NCBI GenBank assembly: GCA_027593235.1 | Contig: JAQCIU010000031.1 | Coordinates: forward strand, 1-33,756 | Direction of reading: 5' to 3' | Source of the DNA: Chloroflexota bacterium | GTDB lineage: Bacteria > Chloroflexota > Dehalococcoidia > UBA2979 | DNA length: 33,756 bases | In this document: positions 9,837-18,786 of the stretch, in pieces | Layout of the letters: each line of letters begins with the position of its first letter | How positions within the stretch are numbered: position 1 is the first letter of the stretch | Made by a program: the position numbers and the translations under genes | The notes under the pieces: generated by a model | Told to the model about the DNA's origin: nothing | Seen by the model: the letters and a program-made list of their open reading frames with translations, nothing else | The model's database searches: none

Positions 9837-11035
9837 GCGCCACGGCCGAGCGCCGCGTCACGGAAGCGCGCGTACGCGCGCACGCGCCGGATTACGGGCT
9901 GCTCACCACCGTGCTCGTGCTGCTCGTGCTCGGGCTGATCTTCGTCTATTCGTCCTCGTACGTCCTCGCCCAGGTCGACTACGGCGACCCCAACTACTTC
10001 ATCAAGCGCCAGCTCCTCTTCGCCGCGATCGGCCTCGTCGGTCTCGTCGCCATGATGCAGTTCGACTACCGCCACCTCCGCCGCCTCAGCCCGCTGCTGA
10101 TGCTCGGCGCATTGCTCGGACTCGCCGCCGTCCTGATCCCGGGTGTCGGCGTCGAATCCAACGGCGCCCTGCGCTGGATCCAGCTCGGCCCGTTGCCACC
10201 GCTGCAACCCAGCGAGTTCGCCAAGCTCGCCGTGCTGATCTACATGGCGGCCTGGCTCGCCTCGCGCGGCGACGCGCTCAAGAACTTCTCGCTCGGCGTC
10301 CTACCGTTCGTCGGCATGGTCGGGCTGGTTGGCGCGCTGATCATGCTCGAACCGGATCTCGGAACCACGGTCATGATCGCGATCATCACCGGCACCCTCT
10401 TCTTCATCGCCGGTGCGCGGCTGGTTCACGTGATCGCGCTGGCCGGTAGCGGCATCGTCATGGCTTCGCTGCTGATCGCCAGCGGCGGGTACCGGATGGA
10501 CCGCATCCTCTCCTTCACCTCGGCGGAGTCGGACCCGACGGGCGTCGGCTTCCACACGCTCCAACTGCTGGTCGCCTTCGGTTCTGGTGGTGTCTGGGGC
10601 CTTGGTCTTGGGGTCTCGCGGCAGAAGTTCTTCTACGTGCCGGGATCGCACACGGACGGGGTGCTCGCGATCATCGGCGAGGAGATCGGCTTCGTCGGCG
10701 TCACCGTGGTGCTGTCGCTGTTCCTCGTGCTGTTCTGGCGCGCCTGGCTGATCATGCGTCGCGCCCCCGACACCTTCGGATCGCTGATCGCGGCTGGCGT
10801 GCTCGCGTGGTTCGCCTTCCAGTTGCTGCTCAACGTCGGCGGCGTGACGCGGCTGATCCCGCTGACCGGCATCCCGCTGCCGTTCCTCTCCGCGGGCGGA
10901 TCCTCGTTACTCGTCTCGCTGCTCGCGATCGGGCTGCTGCTCTCGGTCAGTCGCTACGCCGCCTTCACCCCCGAGCCTGCGCGCCCTCGAGGGGTGCAGC
11001 GCGCGCAGACGAGCGCGACGGGGGGTGCGCGATGA
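9833..11035 (+). CDS. ftsW: SEDS peptidoglycan polymerase FtsW
   Basis: GALRWI, LQPSEFAK, EPDLGT, HTDGVLAIIGEE, TGIPLPFLSAGGSS; multi-TM. Confidence 0.95.
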   Translation: MSATAERRVTEARVRAHAPDYGLLTTVLVLLVLGLIFVYSSSYVLAQVDYGDPNYFIKRQLLFAAIGLVGLVAMMQFDYRHLRRLSPLLMLGALLGLAAVLIPGVGVESNGALRWIQLGPLPPLQPSEFAKLAVLIYMAAWLASRGDALKNFSLGVLPFVGMVGLVGALIMLEPDLGTTVMIAIITGTLFFIAGARLVHVIALAGSGIVMASLLIASGGYRMDRILSFTSAESDPTGVGFHTLQLLVAFGSGGVWGLGLGVSRQKFFYVPGSHTDGVLAIIGEEIGFVGVTVVLSLFLVLFWRAWLIMRRAPDTFGSLIAAGVLAWFAFQLLLNVGGVTRLIPLTGIPLPFLSAGGSSLLVSLLAIGLLLSVSRYAAFTPEPARPRGVQRAQTSATGGAR

Positions 11036-12108
11036 AGTTCGCACTCGCCGGCGGCGGTACGGGCGGTCACGTGTATCCCGCACTCGCGGTGGCGGAGCGT
11101 CTGCGTGAGCGTATCGACACCGAGCTGGTCTACTACGGCACCGAGCACGGCCCGGAGCGCGCCTTCGCCGAGGAGCAAGAGATCGAGTACCGCGTGGTGC
11201 CGGCCGCCCAGCTCCGCGGTCGCTCCCCGCTGCGTGTCGCCAACGGTCTCTGGAGCTTCTACCGAGGAAGCCGTGCCGCACGCGGCTGGTTCCGCGAGGA
11301 TCGCCCCGACGCCGTCTTCGCGACCGGCGGCTATGGCGCCGCCCCAATCGGTCGCGCCGCCCGCCAGCAGCGCATCCCGTTGATCGTCTTCCTGCCGGAC
11401 GTGAAGCCCGGTTGGGCGGTGCGTCTGCTGCAGCGCTACGCCAACACCGTCGCCTGTTCGGTGGACGGCTCACTGCCGTTCCTCAACGAATCGAAGGCGC
11501 TGGTGACCGGCTACCCGGTACGCCGCCAGTTCGCCGAAGCCACCCGCGCGGAAGGTTGCGTCCGCTTTGGGCTCGCGCCGGGCGTACAGACGCTGTTGAT
11601 CGCCGGCGGCTCGCTGGGCGCGCACCAGATCAACCTGGTCGTCAAGGAAGCGCTCCCGCGCCTGCTGCCACGGATGCAGGTAATCCACGTCTCCGGCCGC
11701 AACGAGTTCGACTGGCTCGATCGCGAGCGTGCGCAGCTCCCCGACTGGCAGCGTGAGCGCTATCACCTGGTCGCCTACACTGAGGAGATGGCCTACGCGA
11801 TGGCCGTCGCCGACCTCGCGGTGATGCGCGCCGGCGCCTCGACGCTCGGCGAACTGCCGGCGATGGGCCTGCCCGCGATTGTCGTTCCCGGCGGGTTCTC
11901 CGATCAGTCCGTGAACGCCGCCTACCTCGAGGAACGTGGGGCCGCCCAGGTCCTCAATAGTGCAACCATCGATCGACTCGCCGGCGAGGTGATCGGCCTG
12001 CTCGACGACGACCAACGTCGCGAGGGCATGGCCGCAGCGATGCGCTCGATCGCACAGCCGGACGCGGCCGCGCGGATCGCCTCGTTGCTGCGGGAGGCCG
12101 GGGCGTGA
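11032..12108 (+). CDS. murG: Lipid I GlcNAc transferase MurG
   Basis: AGGGTGGHVYP, TGGY, TGYPVR, GGSLGA, RAGASTLGE, DQSVNA; ATGA overlap with ftsW. Confidence 0.96.
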   Translation: MKFALAGGGTGGHVYPALAVAERLRERIDTELVYYGTEHGPERAFAEEQEIEYRVVPAAQLRGRSPLRVANGLWSFYRGSRAARGWFREDRPDAVFATGGYGAAPIGRAARQQRIPLIVFLPDVKPGWAVRLLQRYANTVACSVDGSLPFLNESKALVTGYPVRRQFAEATRAEGCVRFGLAPGVQTLLIAGGSLGAHQINLVVKEALPRLLPRMQVIHVSGRNEFDWLDRERAQLPDWQRERYHLVAYTEEMAYAMAVADLAVMRAGASTLGELPAMGLPAIVVPGGFSDQSVNAAYLEERGAAQVLNSATIDRLAGEVIGLLDDDQRREGMAAAMRSIAQPDAAARIASLLREAGA

Positions 12109-13535
12109 TGGGCATCATGTCCAGGAATCGCCAGCAGCGTGACGCGATCGCGCCGCCACGGGTCCACCTGGTGGGCGCCGGTGGCGTGCATATGTCCGCG
12201 ATCGGTCAGCTCCTGATCGCCCGTGGTCACACGATTACGGGCTCCGATCTGGCGCCCTCGGACTACACGCGCCGCCTCGAACGGCTGGGTGCGACCATCT
12301 ACGACGGTCACTCGCCGGCGAACATCGGCGACGCCCAGTTGCTCGTCGTGACGGCGGCGGTGAAGCAGGACAACCCGGAGCTGGTCGCCGCCCGCGAGCG
12401 CGGCATCCCGGTGATCCTCCGCGCCGAAATGGTCCAGCGCCTGATCGCGGATCGCGAGGTGCTGGCGATCTCCGGCAGTCACGGCAAGACCACGACGACC
12501 AACATGCTGGCGCTGATGGCTGAGCGCGGTGGGCTCGATCCGCTCGTGCTGCTCGGCGGTGACTCGCCGGACCTCGGCGGCAACGTGCGCAACGGCGAGG
12601 GCAAGCACGCGGTGCTGGAGGCGGACGAATACGCCGAGGCGTTCCTCCAATACACCCCGAAGATCGCGCTTGTCACCAACATCGAGGTGGATCACCTCGA
12701 CTACTACGGCACCGAGGAGCGCGTGCACGCTGCCTTCGCGCAATTCGCCTCTCAGATCGTCCCCGATGGCACGCTCATCGTCTGCGCCGACTCGCCCGGT
12801 TCCGAGGCCCTCGGCGTCGCACGCCGCGCCGCCGGGGCGCACGTGGAGCGTTACAGCCTCGAAGGGGACGCCGACTGGCGTGCGCGCGCGCTGCGCGGAA
12901 ACGATCGAGGTGGCCTCGACGCCACCGTCGAGCTCGACGGGCGCGAACTGGGCAAGCTCTCGCTCGCCGTTCCCGGGCGCCACAACGTCTCGAACGCCCT
13001 CGGCGCGCTCGCCGTGGCGATGCGGGCGGGCGTGGACTTCCACCGCGCAGCCGCTGCCGTCGCCGACTTCCGTGGCGCGCGCCGCCACTTCGAGCTGATT
13101 GGCGAGGTGACCCGTGGCGGCCAGCCGATCACGATCGTCGACGACTACGCGCACCACCCGACCGAGGTGCGCGCCACCCTCGCCGCCGCGCGCCAGCGCT
13201 TCAGCGGACGACGCCTCGTCGCCTGCTTCCAGCCACACACCTATTCGCGCTCCAGCTACCTGCTGGACGCCTTCCGCACCTGCTTCGAGGCGCTCGACGC
13301 GCTCTACCTGCTGCCGACCTACGCCGCGCGCGAAACCCCCGATGCGGGGATCGACGCCGCGGCGCTGGCGAAGGAGATCACCAACCCCGTGCCGATCGAG
13401 CTGGAATCGATCGCCGCTGGCGCGAAGCGGATCGCCGCCGATCTCCAGCCCGGCGACGCCTTCCTCACGATCGGTGCCGGCAGCGTGACCGAACTCGCGC
13501 CCGCCGTGCTCCGCGAGCTGGGAGGGCGCCGATGA
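12105..13535 (+). CDS. murC: UDP-MurNAc--L-Ala ligase
   Basis: GAGGVHMSAIG, GSHGKTTTT, EADEY, DHLDYY, DDYAHHPTE, FQPHTYSR, GAGSV. Start may be 12108 or 12117. Confidence 0.96.
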   Translation: MMGIMSRNRQQRDAIAPPRVHLVGAGGVHMSAIGQLLIARGHTITGSDLAPSDYTRRLERLGATIYDGHSPANIGDAQLLVVTAAVKQDNPELVAARERGIPVILRAEMVQRLIADREVLAISGSHGKTTTTNMLALMAERGGLDPLVLLGGDSPDLGGNVRNGEGKHAVLEADEYAEAFLQYTPKIALVTNIEVDHLDYYGTEERVHAAFAQFASQIVPDGTLIVCADSPGSEALGVARRAAGAHVERYSLEGDADWRARALRGNDRGGLDATVELDGRELGKLSLAVPGRHNVSNALGALAVAMRAGVDFHRAAAAVADFRGARRHFELIGEVTRGGQPITIVDDYAHHPTEVRATLAAARQRFSGRRLVACFQPHTYSRSSYLLDAFRTCFEALDALYLLPTYAARETPDAGIDAAALAKEITNPVPIELESIAAGAKRIAADLQPGDAFLTIGAGSVTELAPAVLRELGGRR

Positions 13536-14608
13536 GCGACCGCCAGCGTCTCGCCGTCATGATTGGCGGCCAATCGACCGAGCACGAGGTCTCCGTCTCC
13601 TCCGGCCGCTCCGTGATGCGCGAAGCCGATCACGCGCGCTTCGAGGTGGTGCCCTTCGGCGTGACCCGCAACGGCGCCTGGCTCACGCCCGAGGAAACGA
13701 CGCGCCGCCTCGCGAACGCGGACGCCGCCAACCTCGGTGACGACGCGGGCGATGGCCTGCTCGCCTACCCCGAGACGCTCGAGGCGTTGCGCGGCATGGA
13801 TGTGGTCTTCCCGATCATCCACGGCACGCACGGCGAAGACGGCACCCTGCAGGGGCTCCTGGAGCTGGCCGGGTTGCCGTATGTCGGCGCCGGCGTCGCC
13901 GCCAGCGCGATCGGGATGGACAAGGAGCTGATGCGCGGCGCCTTCGCGGCCGCCGAGATCCCGCAGCCGCCCTACCTGGTCCTCGCCGACGACGACCTCG
14001 CCGATCCACCCGCCGAGGTGATGACCTTCATCGATCAGAAGCTCGGTTACCCCTGCTTCGTGAAGCCCTGCAACGGCGGCTCATCGGTCGGCGTCAGCAA
14101 GGCGCGATCGCGCGAGGACTTCGGCGAGGCCGTGGCCGTGGCCGCGCGCCACGACCGCAAGGTGATCGTTGAGCGCGCGATGTCCGGCCACGAGGTGGAG
14201 TGCGCGGTCCTCGGAAACGAGCAGCCGCGCGCCTCCCGCGTCTCCGAAATCCTGCCCGAGGCGGAGTTCTACACCTACGAGGCGAAGTACCAGGACGACT
14301 CCACGCGGATGATCTTCCCGGCCAACATCTCGCCAGAGACCACCGAGCGTGTCCGCGAGCTGGCGCTGCGCGCCTACCGCGCCGTGGACTGCGCCGGCCT
14401 CGCCCGCGTCGATTTCTTCGCCGAGGACGGCGGGCCGGTCCAGATCATCGAGATCAACACGCTGCCCGGCTTCACGCCGATCTCCCAGTACCCGCGCCTC
14501 TGGCAGGAAGAGGGCGTGAGCTACACCGCGCTGATCTCGCAACTGGTCGATCTCGCCCTCGAACGACACGCGCGCCAGGCGCGGCGCGAACTGCGGCGGG
14601 AGGGCTAG
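13532..14608 (+). CDS. ddl: D-alanine--D-alanine ligase
   Basis: GGQSTEHEVS, HGTHGEDGTLQG, GMDK, FVKP..GGSSVG, FYTYEAKY, ARVDFF, EINTLPGFT. Confidence 0.96.
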   Translation: MSDRQRLAVMIGGQSTEHEVSVSSGRSVMREADHARFEVVPFGVTRNGAWLTPEETTRRLANADAANLGDDAGDGLLAYPETLEALRGMDVVFPIIHGTHGEDGTLQGLLELAGLPYVGAGVAASAIGMDKELMRGAFAAAEIPQPPYLVLADDDLADPPAEVMTFIDQKLGYPCFVKPCNGGSSVGVSKARSREDFGEAVAVAARHDRKVIVERAMSGHEVECAVLGNEQPRASRVSEILPEAEFYTYEAKYQDDSTRMIFPANISPETTERVRELALRAYRAVDCAGLARVDFFAEDGGPVQIIEINTLPGFTPISQYPRLWQEEGVSYTALISQLVDLALERHARQARRELRREG

Positions 14609-14610
14609 CG

Positions 14611-15471
14611 ATGCAATTGCGCCGCCCCGTCATCCTCGGTGGAGAGCGGCCGCCGCGCGCCGGATCGCGGCGGCCGGTACGCGGATCGCGCGACCAACGG
14701 GACGCCCGATCCCAGTTCGAACTCGCGCGCGCGCAACGCCCGAAGCCGAAGCGCCACATCCCCTGGGGGAGCTGGTTCCGACGCGTAATTGCGATCGCGG
14801 TGCTCGGCGCCGCGGTCTACGGCGCGAGCTGGATCTACCTCGGTGGCGCGCTCCGCGTGCAACGCATCGAGGTCAACGGCGTGCAGGTCGTTGACCCGGT
14901 CGCGATCGCGGCGGCCTCCGACCTCGACGCGCACTCGCTCTTTACCGCCGACCTCGACGCCGCGCGCGCCCGCATCGAGGCGGTACCCGGCGTCGCCAGT
15001 GCCTCGGTGGACCGTGCGTGGCCGCAGGGCATCTCGATCTCGATCCAGGAGCGGCAGGGCTGGGGCTACTGGCAGGCTGCCGGCCGCCGCGTGATGGTCG
15101 ACGCCGGTGGCCACATCCTCGATCTGGCGCGGCAACCAGCGGCGGACGCTCCCACGATCATCGATATCGCCGCTCCGGCCGACCTCCTCGGGGGTCTCGA
15201 CGTCGACGCCGACACGGTCGGTCTGGTTGCGCGGCTGCGCAAAGACGGCACCTTCACCGAGCTTGGCATCACGCCAAGTGGCTTTGTCTTCCGGCGCGAT
15301 CGCGGACTGACCGTGGTCGTGGACGACGCGCCGGATGCCGTGTTTGGCGACTCAACGAACTACGCGTTCAAGGTCTCGACGTGGTCAGCACTGCTCGATC
15401 AACTCGCAGGTGGCGACCTGCTGGTGGCCGAGATTGACCTCCGGTTCGGGCGGAACGTGGTGTTGCGATGA
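14611..15471 (+). CDS. ftsQ: FtsQ/DivIB-type division protein (TM + POTRA)
   Basis: Basic N-terminus, one TM, POTRA (RVQRIEVNG...VASASVDRAWPQGISISIQER), C-terminal IDLRF; GGGAGGG RBS. Confidence 0.85.
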   Translation: MQLRRPVILGGERPPRAGSRRPVRGSRDQRDARSQFELARAQRPKPKRHIPWGSWFRRVIAIAVLGAAVYGASWIYLGGALRVQRIEVNGVQVVDPVAIAAASDLDAHSLFTADLDAARARIEAVPGVASASVDRAWPQGISISIQERQGWGYWQAAGRRVMVDAGGHILDLARQPAADAPTIIDIAAPADLLGGLDVDADTVGLVARLRKDGTFTELGITPSGFVFRRDRGLTVVVDDAPDAVFGDSTNYAFKVSTWSALLDQLAGGDLLVAEIDLRFGRNVVLR

Positions 15472-15545
15472 CCCCCTTGGCGGGCGCGGGTCAGTTTGTT
15501 CAGGTTCCGACGGCACTGGTCGGGACTCCCCAGGAGGTGCGGTGA
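15468..15545 (+). other. 25-aa bridging mini-ORF between ftsQ and ftsA
   Basis: ATG overlaps the ftsQ stop (ATGA 15468-15471); MTPLAGAGQFVQVPTALVGTPQEVR; TGA 15543-15545 overlaps the ftsA start (GTGATG). Confidence 0.4.
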
Positions 15546-16783
15546 TGGCGAACCCCACGCTCGCCGCTATTGATGTTGGAACAACGAAGGTCTGCACCAT
15601 CGTTGCCGAACTGACCCCGCAGCACGAGCTACGGATCCTTGGCGTCGGGATCGGCCCCTCGGCCGGGCTGGCGAAGGGCATGGTCGACAACGTGCACGCC
15701 GCGATCGAGGCGATCGCCTCGTCGGTGGAGCGCGCCGAACGCGCCTCGGGATCGAAGATCCTGTCGGCGCACATCGGGATCGCTGGCCCGCACGTCTCCT
15801 CGCGCAACTCGCAGGGGATCGTCGCGGTCGCCGATCCGCGTCATCCGATCACGGACAGCGACGTTCAGCGCGCCCTCGAGAGCGCGCGGATCTTCAACGT
15901 CCCGAACAACCGCGAGGTGATTCACGTCGTCCCGCGCTACTACGTGGTGGACGGGCACGACAACGTCTCCGATCCGGTTGGGATGTTCGGCTCACGCCTG
16001 GATGTGGAAACGCACGTCGTCACCTGCTCGTCCTCGGCGATGCAGAACCTCGTGCACTGCGTCGAGGGCGCCGGCGTGCGCGTGGAGTCGCTGATTCTGC
16101 AGCCGCTCGCATCCGCCGAGGCCGTGACCGAGCCCGAGGAACTGCGCCACGGCGCGGTGCTGATCGACATGGGTGGCGGCACCACCGATATCAGCGTCTA
16201 CCGCGACGGCGCCGTGGTGCACACCGCGGTGCTGCCGGTCGGCGGCATCCACATGACGCGCGACCTGGTCGTCGCGTTGCGCGCGCCGCAGCCCGCCGCC
16301 GAACAGGCGAAGCGGGACTACGGCCACGCGATCCCCTCGATGATCGACGCCGACGAGGAGGTCGAACTGGCCTCGTTCGGCGCGGACGGCCGCAAGAGCG
16401 TGCCACGCCGGATGATCGCGGAGGTGCTGCAGGCCCGTGCCGAGGAGATCCTCGAAATGGTGCTCGCCGAGATCCGGCGCGGTACCGAGCCGGAGATGCT
16501 CTCCGCCGGCGCGATCATCACCGGCGGCGCGGCGGCGCTGCCGGGCATCGATCTGCTCGCGGAGGAGGTCCTCGGACTGCCGGCGCGCGTGGGACGGCCA
16601 CGTCACCTCAGCGGGCTCTCGGACATCCTCCAGGATCCGGCCTACGCCACCTCGGTCGGGCTGCTGCGCTGGGCGCTGAAGGAGCAGGAGATCATGTTCC
16701 GCTCCACCGCCGCCCCAATCGCGCCGCTCGGTGGCCTGATGCGCCGCGTCGCGCACCTGATGCGGGTGGTGCTGCCGCAATGA
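15545..16783 (+). CDS. ftsA: Cell division protein FtsA
   Basis: [45 protein letters not shown]-terminal amphipathic helix; AGGAGGT RBS at 15532-15538 (GTG 15542 also possible). Confidence 0.96.
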   Translation: MANPTLAAIDVGTTKVCTIVAELTPQHELRILGVGIGPSAGLAKGMVDNVHAAIEAIASSVERAERASGSKILSAHIGIAGPHVSSRNSQGIVAVADPRHPITDSDVQRALESARIFNVPNNREVIHVVPRYYVVDGHDNVSDPVGMFGSRLDVETHVVTCSSSAMQNLVHCVEGAGVRVESLILQPLASAEAVTEPEELRHGAVLIDMGGGTTDISVYRDGAVVHTAVLPVGGIHMTRDLVVALRAPQPAAEQAKRDYGHAIPSMIDADEEVELASFGADGRKSVPRRMIAEVLQARAEEILEMVLAEIRRGTEPEMLSAGAIITGGAAALPGIDLLAEEVLGLPARVGRPRHLSGLSDILQDPAYATSVGLLRWALKEQEIMFRSTAAPIAPLGGLMRRVAHLMRVVLPQ

Positions 16784-16890
16784 CCAACCAGATAACCATC
16801 CCCACCACAACAGGAACCGACTCGGCGGGGGCCGGTCACAGCACGCGCAACGTGAGTTCCGCATGCATGCGCTTAGGGGGTTCGACATGA
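16780..16890 (+). other. 36-aa bridging mini-ORF between ftsA and the long form of ftsZ
   Basis: ATG overlaps the ftsA stop (ATGA 16780-16783); [36 protein letters not shown]; stop overlaps ATG 16887 (ATGA 16887-16890). Confidence 0.4.
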
Positions 16891-18572
16891 ACGACCAACG
16901 GGCCCGATCCCGGGGATCCGCTCGCGAGGGCGGGGCCGAGGGCAAGGGTGAGGAGGAACAGGCGCACCTCACGCCGCACACGCTCTTCGATTATCTCGAA
17001 GCCGCGCGGCGCGCCGATGCAACCGAGCAGGCGCTCGGCGCCGTCGAGGAGACGCTGGTCTCCGGAGCCGACGCCGCCTTCGAGGCGGCGATCGAGGATG
17101 CAATGGCTACCGCTCCGCTCCCCACGAAGCAGCAGTCGCTCCCCGCAAAGTCCCCCGATCTGCCGGAACGGATGGCGAAGCCGCCGTCCCGGCTCGATCT
17201 GAGCGCGGAGGTGCCGTCCCCGGCGATCGCCTCCGAGTTCGAGCGCGTGCCGGACGACGAACCGTCCGTCGCGCCGGTCAGCGAGCTGCCTGTCGAAGCT
17301 GCCACGCCGGCGGCGACTGGACGCTCGGCGGAGATGCAGAACCACACGAATCGATCAGCAATCGCGAATGACAGCACGGACGCCCGGCGTCCGGCGGAGG
17401 GGACCCAGCAGATGGCCACCGAGAGAAAGACCACGAACACCGGCACGACCTTCAGCGATCACGATCTGGAGGGCTTGCCACCGATCAAGGTCATCGGCGT
17501 CGGGGGCGGTGGATCGAATGCCGTCAACCGCATGATGGAGTCGCGGCTCCCGGGCGTGCAGTACGTCGCCGTGAACACCGACCTGCAGGCCCTGGAGGCT
17601 TGTAACGCGGAGCTGAAGGTGCGCATCGGCGACCGGCTCACCCGCGGCCTGGGCGCCGGCAGCGATCCGTTGCGCGGCAACCGCGCCGCCGAGGAGTCCC
17701 GCGAACTGATCGCGGAAGCGCTGCAGGGCGCGGAGATGGCCTTCGTCACGGCCTGCCTCGGCGGTGGCACCGGTACCGGCGCCGCCCCGATCGTCGCGGA
17801 GGTCGCCCGTGAGATTGGCGCGCTCACCATCGGTGTGGTCACCAAGCCGTTCAGCTTCGAGGGCGCCAAGCGCCGTCAGCAGGCTGAGGACGGCGTTCGC
17901 GACCTGCAGGACAAGGTCGACACGCTGATCATCATCCCGAACGATCGACTGCTTCAGCTGAACAGCGAAGATCTCTCAATCGAGGACGCCTTCCGCGCCG
18001 CGGACGACGTGCTGCGCCAGGGCATCCAGGGCATCAGCGAGCTGATCACGGTGCCTGGCATGGTGAACCTGGACTTCGCGGACGTACGCAAGGTGATGAC
18101 CGACGCCGGCCCGGCGCTGATGGCGATCGGCACCGGCCGAGGTGAGAACCGTGCCGTGGAAGCCGCCCGCCAGGCGATCTCCAGCCCGCTGCTGGAGGTC
18201 GACATCACCGGCGCCACCGGCGTGCTGTTCAACGTCACCGGGCCGAAGAACCTCAGCCTCCGCGAGCTGGACGCCGCCGCGCGCGTGATCGCCGAGGTCG
18301 TCGACCCGGACGCCGAGATCATCTTCGGTACGAGCATGGACGAATCGCTCACGGACGAGGTGCGGATCACCGTGATCGCCACCGGCTTCAGCGGAAACCG
18401 CCCGACGACGATGCGCCGCACGATCGAGGAGATCGAGCAGACGCCGTACAAGGCGCCGCCGCTGCCGCAGGCAGTCAAGCTCGGGGAGCTGCGGCCGGAG
18501 CCGATGTCTCCGGACACGCTCAACGAGGCAGACCTCCCGACGTTCCTGCGTCGGTCCTTCCCGAGCCGCTAG
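16887..18572 (+). CDS. ftsZ: Cell division protein FtsZ with a probable 175-aa N-terminal extension (alternative start 17412)
   Basis: [44 protein letters not shown]-terminal DLPTFLRR. Identity is secure; start uncertain (AGGGGG before 16887; GGAGG before 17412). Confidence 0.93.
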   Translation: MNDQRARSRGSAREGGAEGKGEEEQAHLTPHTLFDYLEAARRADATEQALGAVEETLVSGADAAFEAAIEDAMATAPLPTKQQSLPAKSPDLPERMAKPPSRLDLSAEVPSPAIASEFERVPDDEPSVAPVSELPVEAATPAATGRSAEMQNHTNRSAIANDSTDARRPAEGTQQMATERKTTNTGTTFSDHDLEGLPPIKVIGVGGGGSNAVNRMMESRLPGVQYVAVNTDLQALEACNAELKVRIGDRLTRGLGAGSDPLRGNRAAEESRELIAEALQGAEMAFVTACLGGGTGTGAAPIVAEVAREIGALTIGVVTKPFSFEGAKRRQQAEDGVRDLQDKVDTLIIIPNDRLLQLNSEDLSIEDAFRAADDVLRQGIQGISELITVPGMVNLDFADVRKVMTDAGPALMAIGTGRGENRAVEAARQAISSPLLEVDITGATGVLFNVTGPKNLSLRELDAAARVIAEVVDPDAEIIFGTSMDESLTDEVRITVIATGFSGNRPTTMRRTIEEIEQTPYKAPPLPQAVKLGELRPEPMSPDTLNEADLPTFLRRSFPSR

Positions 18573-18620
18573 GGGAATCCCAGCCGGCGGGGAACCGCAA
18601 CAGACGTCGCCGGCAGCGTC

Positions 18621-18695
18621 GGCGAGGACGGCATGGATGCCGGACCTCGCCACCTGAGCTCGCCGGGGTTGGCAAGGATGCCGCCCCGGCAGCTC
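18621..18695 (+). other. Two tandem RNA hairpins with GGCA-NGGA-UGCC caps between convergent genes
   Basis: GGCGAGG-A-CGGCA-TGGA-TGCCG-GA-CCTCGCC (18621-18651) and GAGCT-C-GCCGGGG-T-TGGCA-AGGA-TGCCG-CCCCGGC-AGCTC (18656-18695). The structure is evident; the function is unknown. Confidence 0.6.
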
Positions 18696-18786
18696 TCTCA
18701 GCTCCAACACCGATCCGCGCACCGATGCGCCCGCCACGCGATCGGCGGCTCGCCGCCACGATCCGGGCCGACCGTGTGAGATCGAG

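Noticed and set aside
14266-14290. Possible D-Ala-D-Lac (vancomycin-resistance type) ligase
   Set aside because: The omega loop reads FYTYEAKY, with the Tyr typical of D-Ala-D-Ala ligases.
10807-15544. Apparent long N-terminal extensions of MurG (10807), FtsQ (14200) and FtsA (15335) in the ORF track
   Set aside because: They run through upstream genes in other frames, and better starts with overlaps or RBS exist. The FtsZ extension differs because it occupies otherwise empty DNA.
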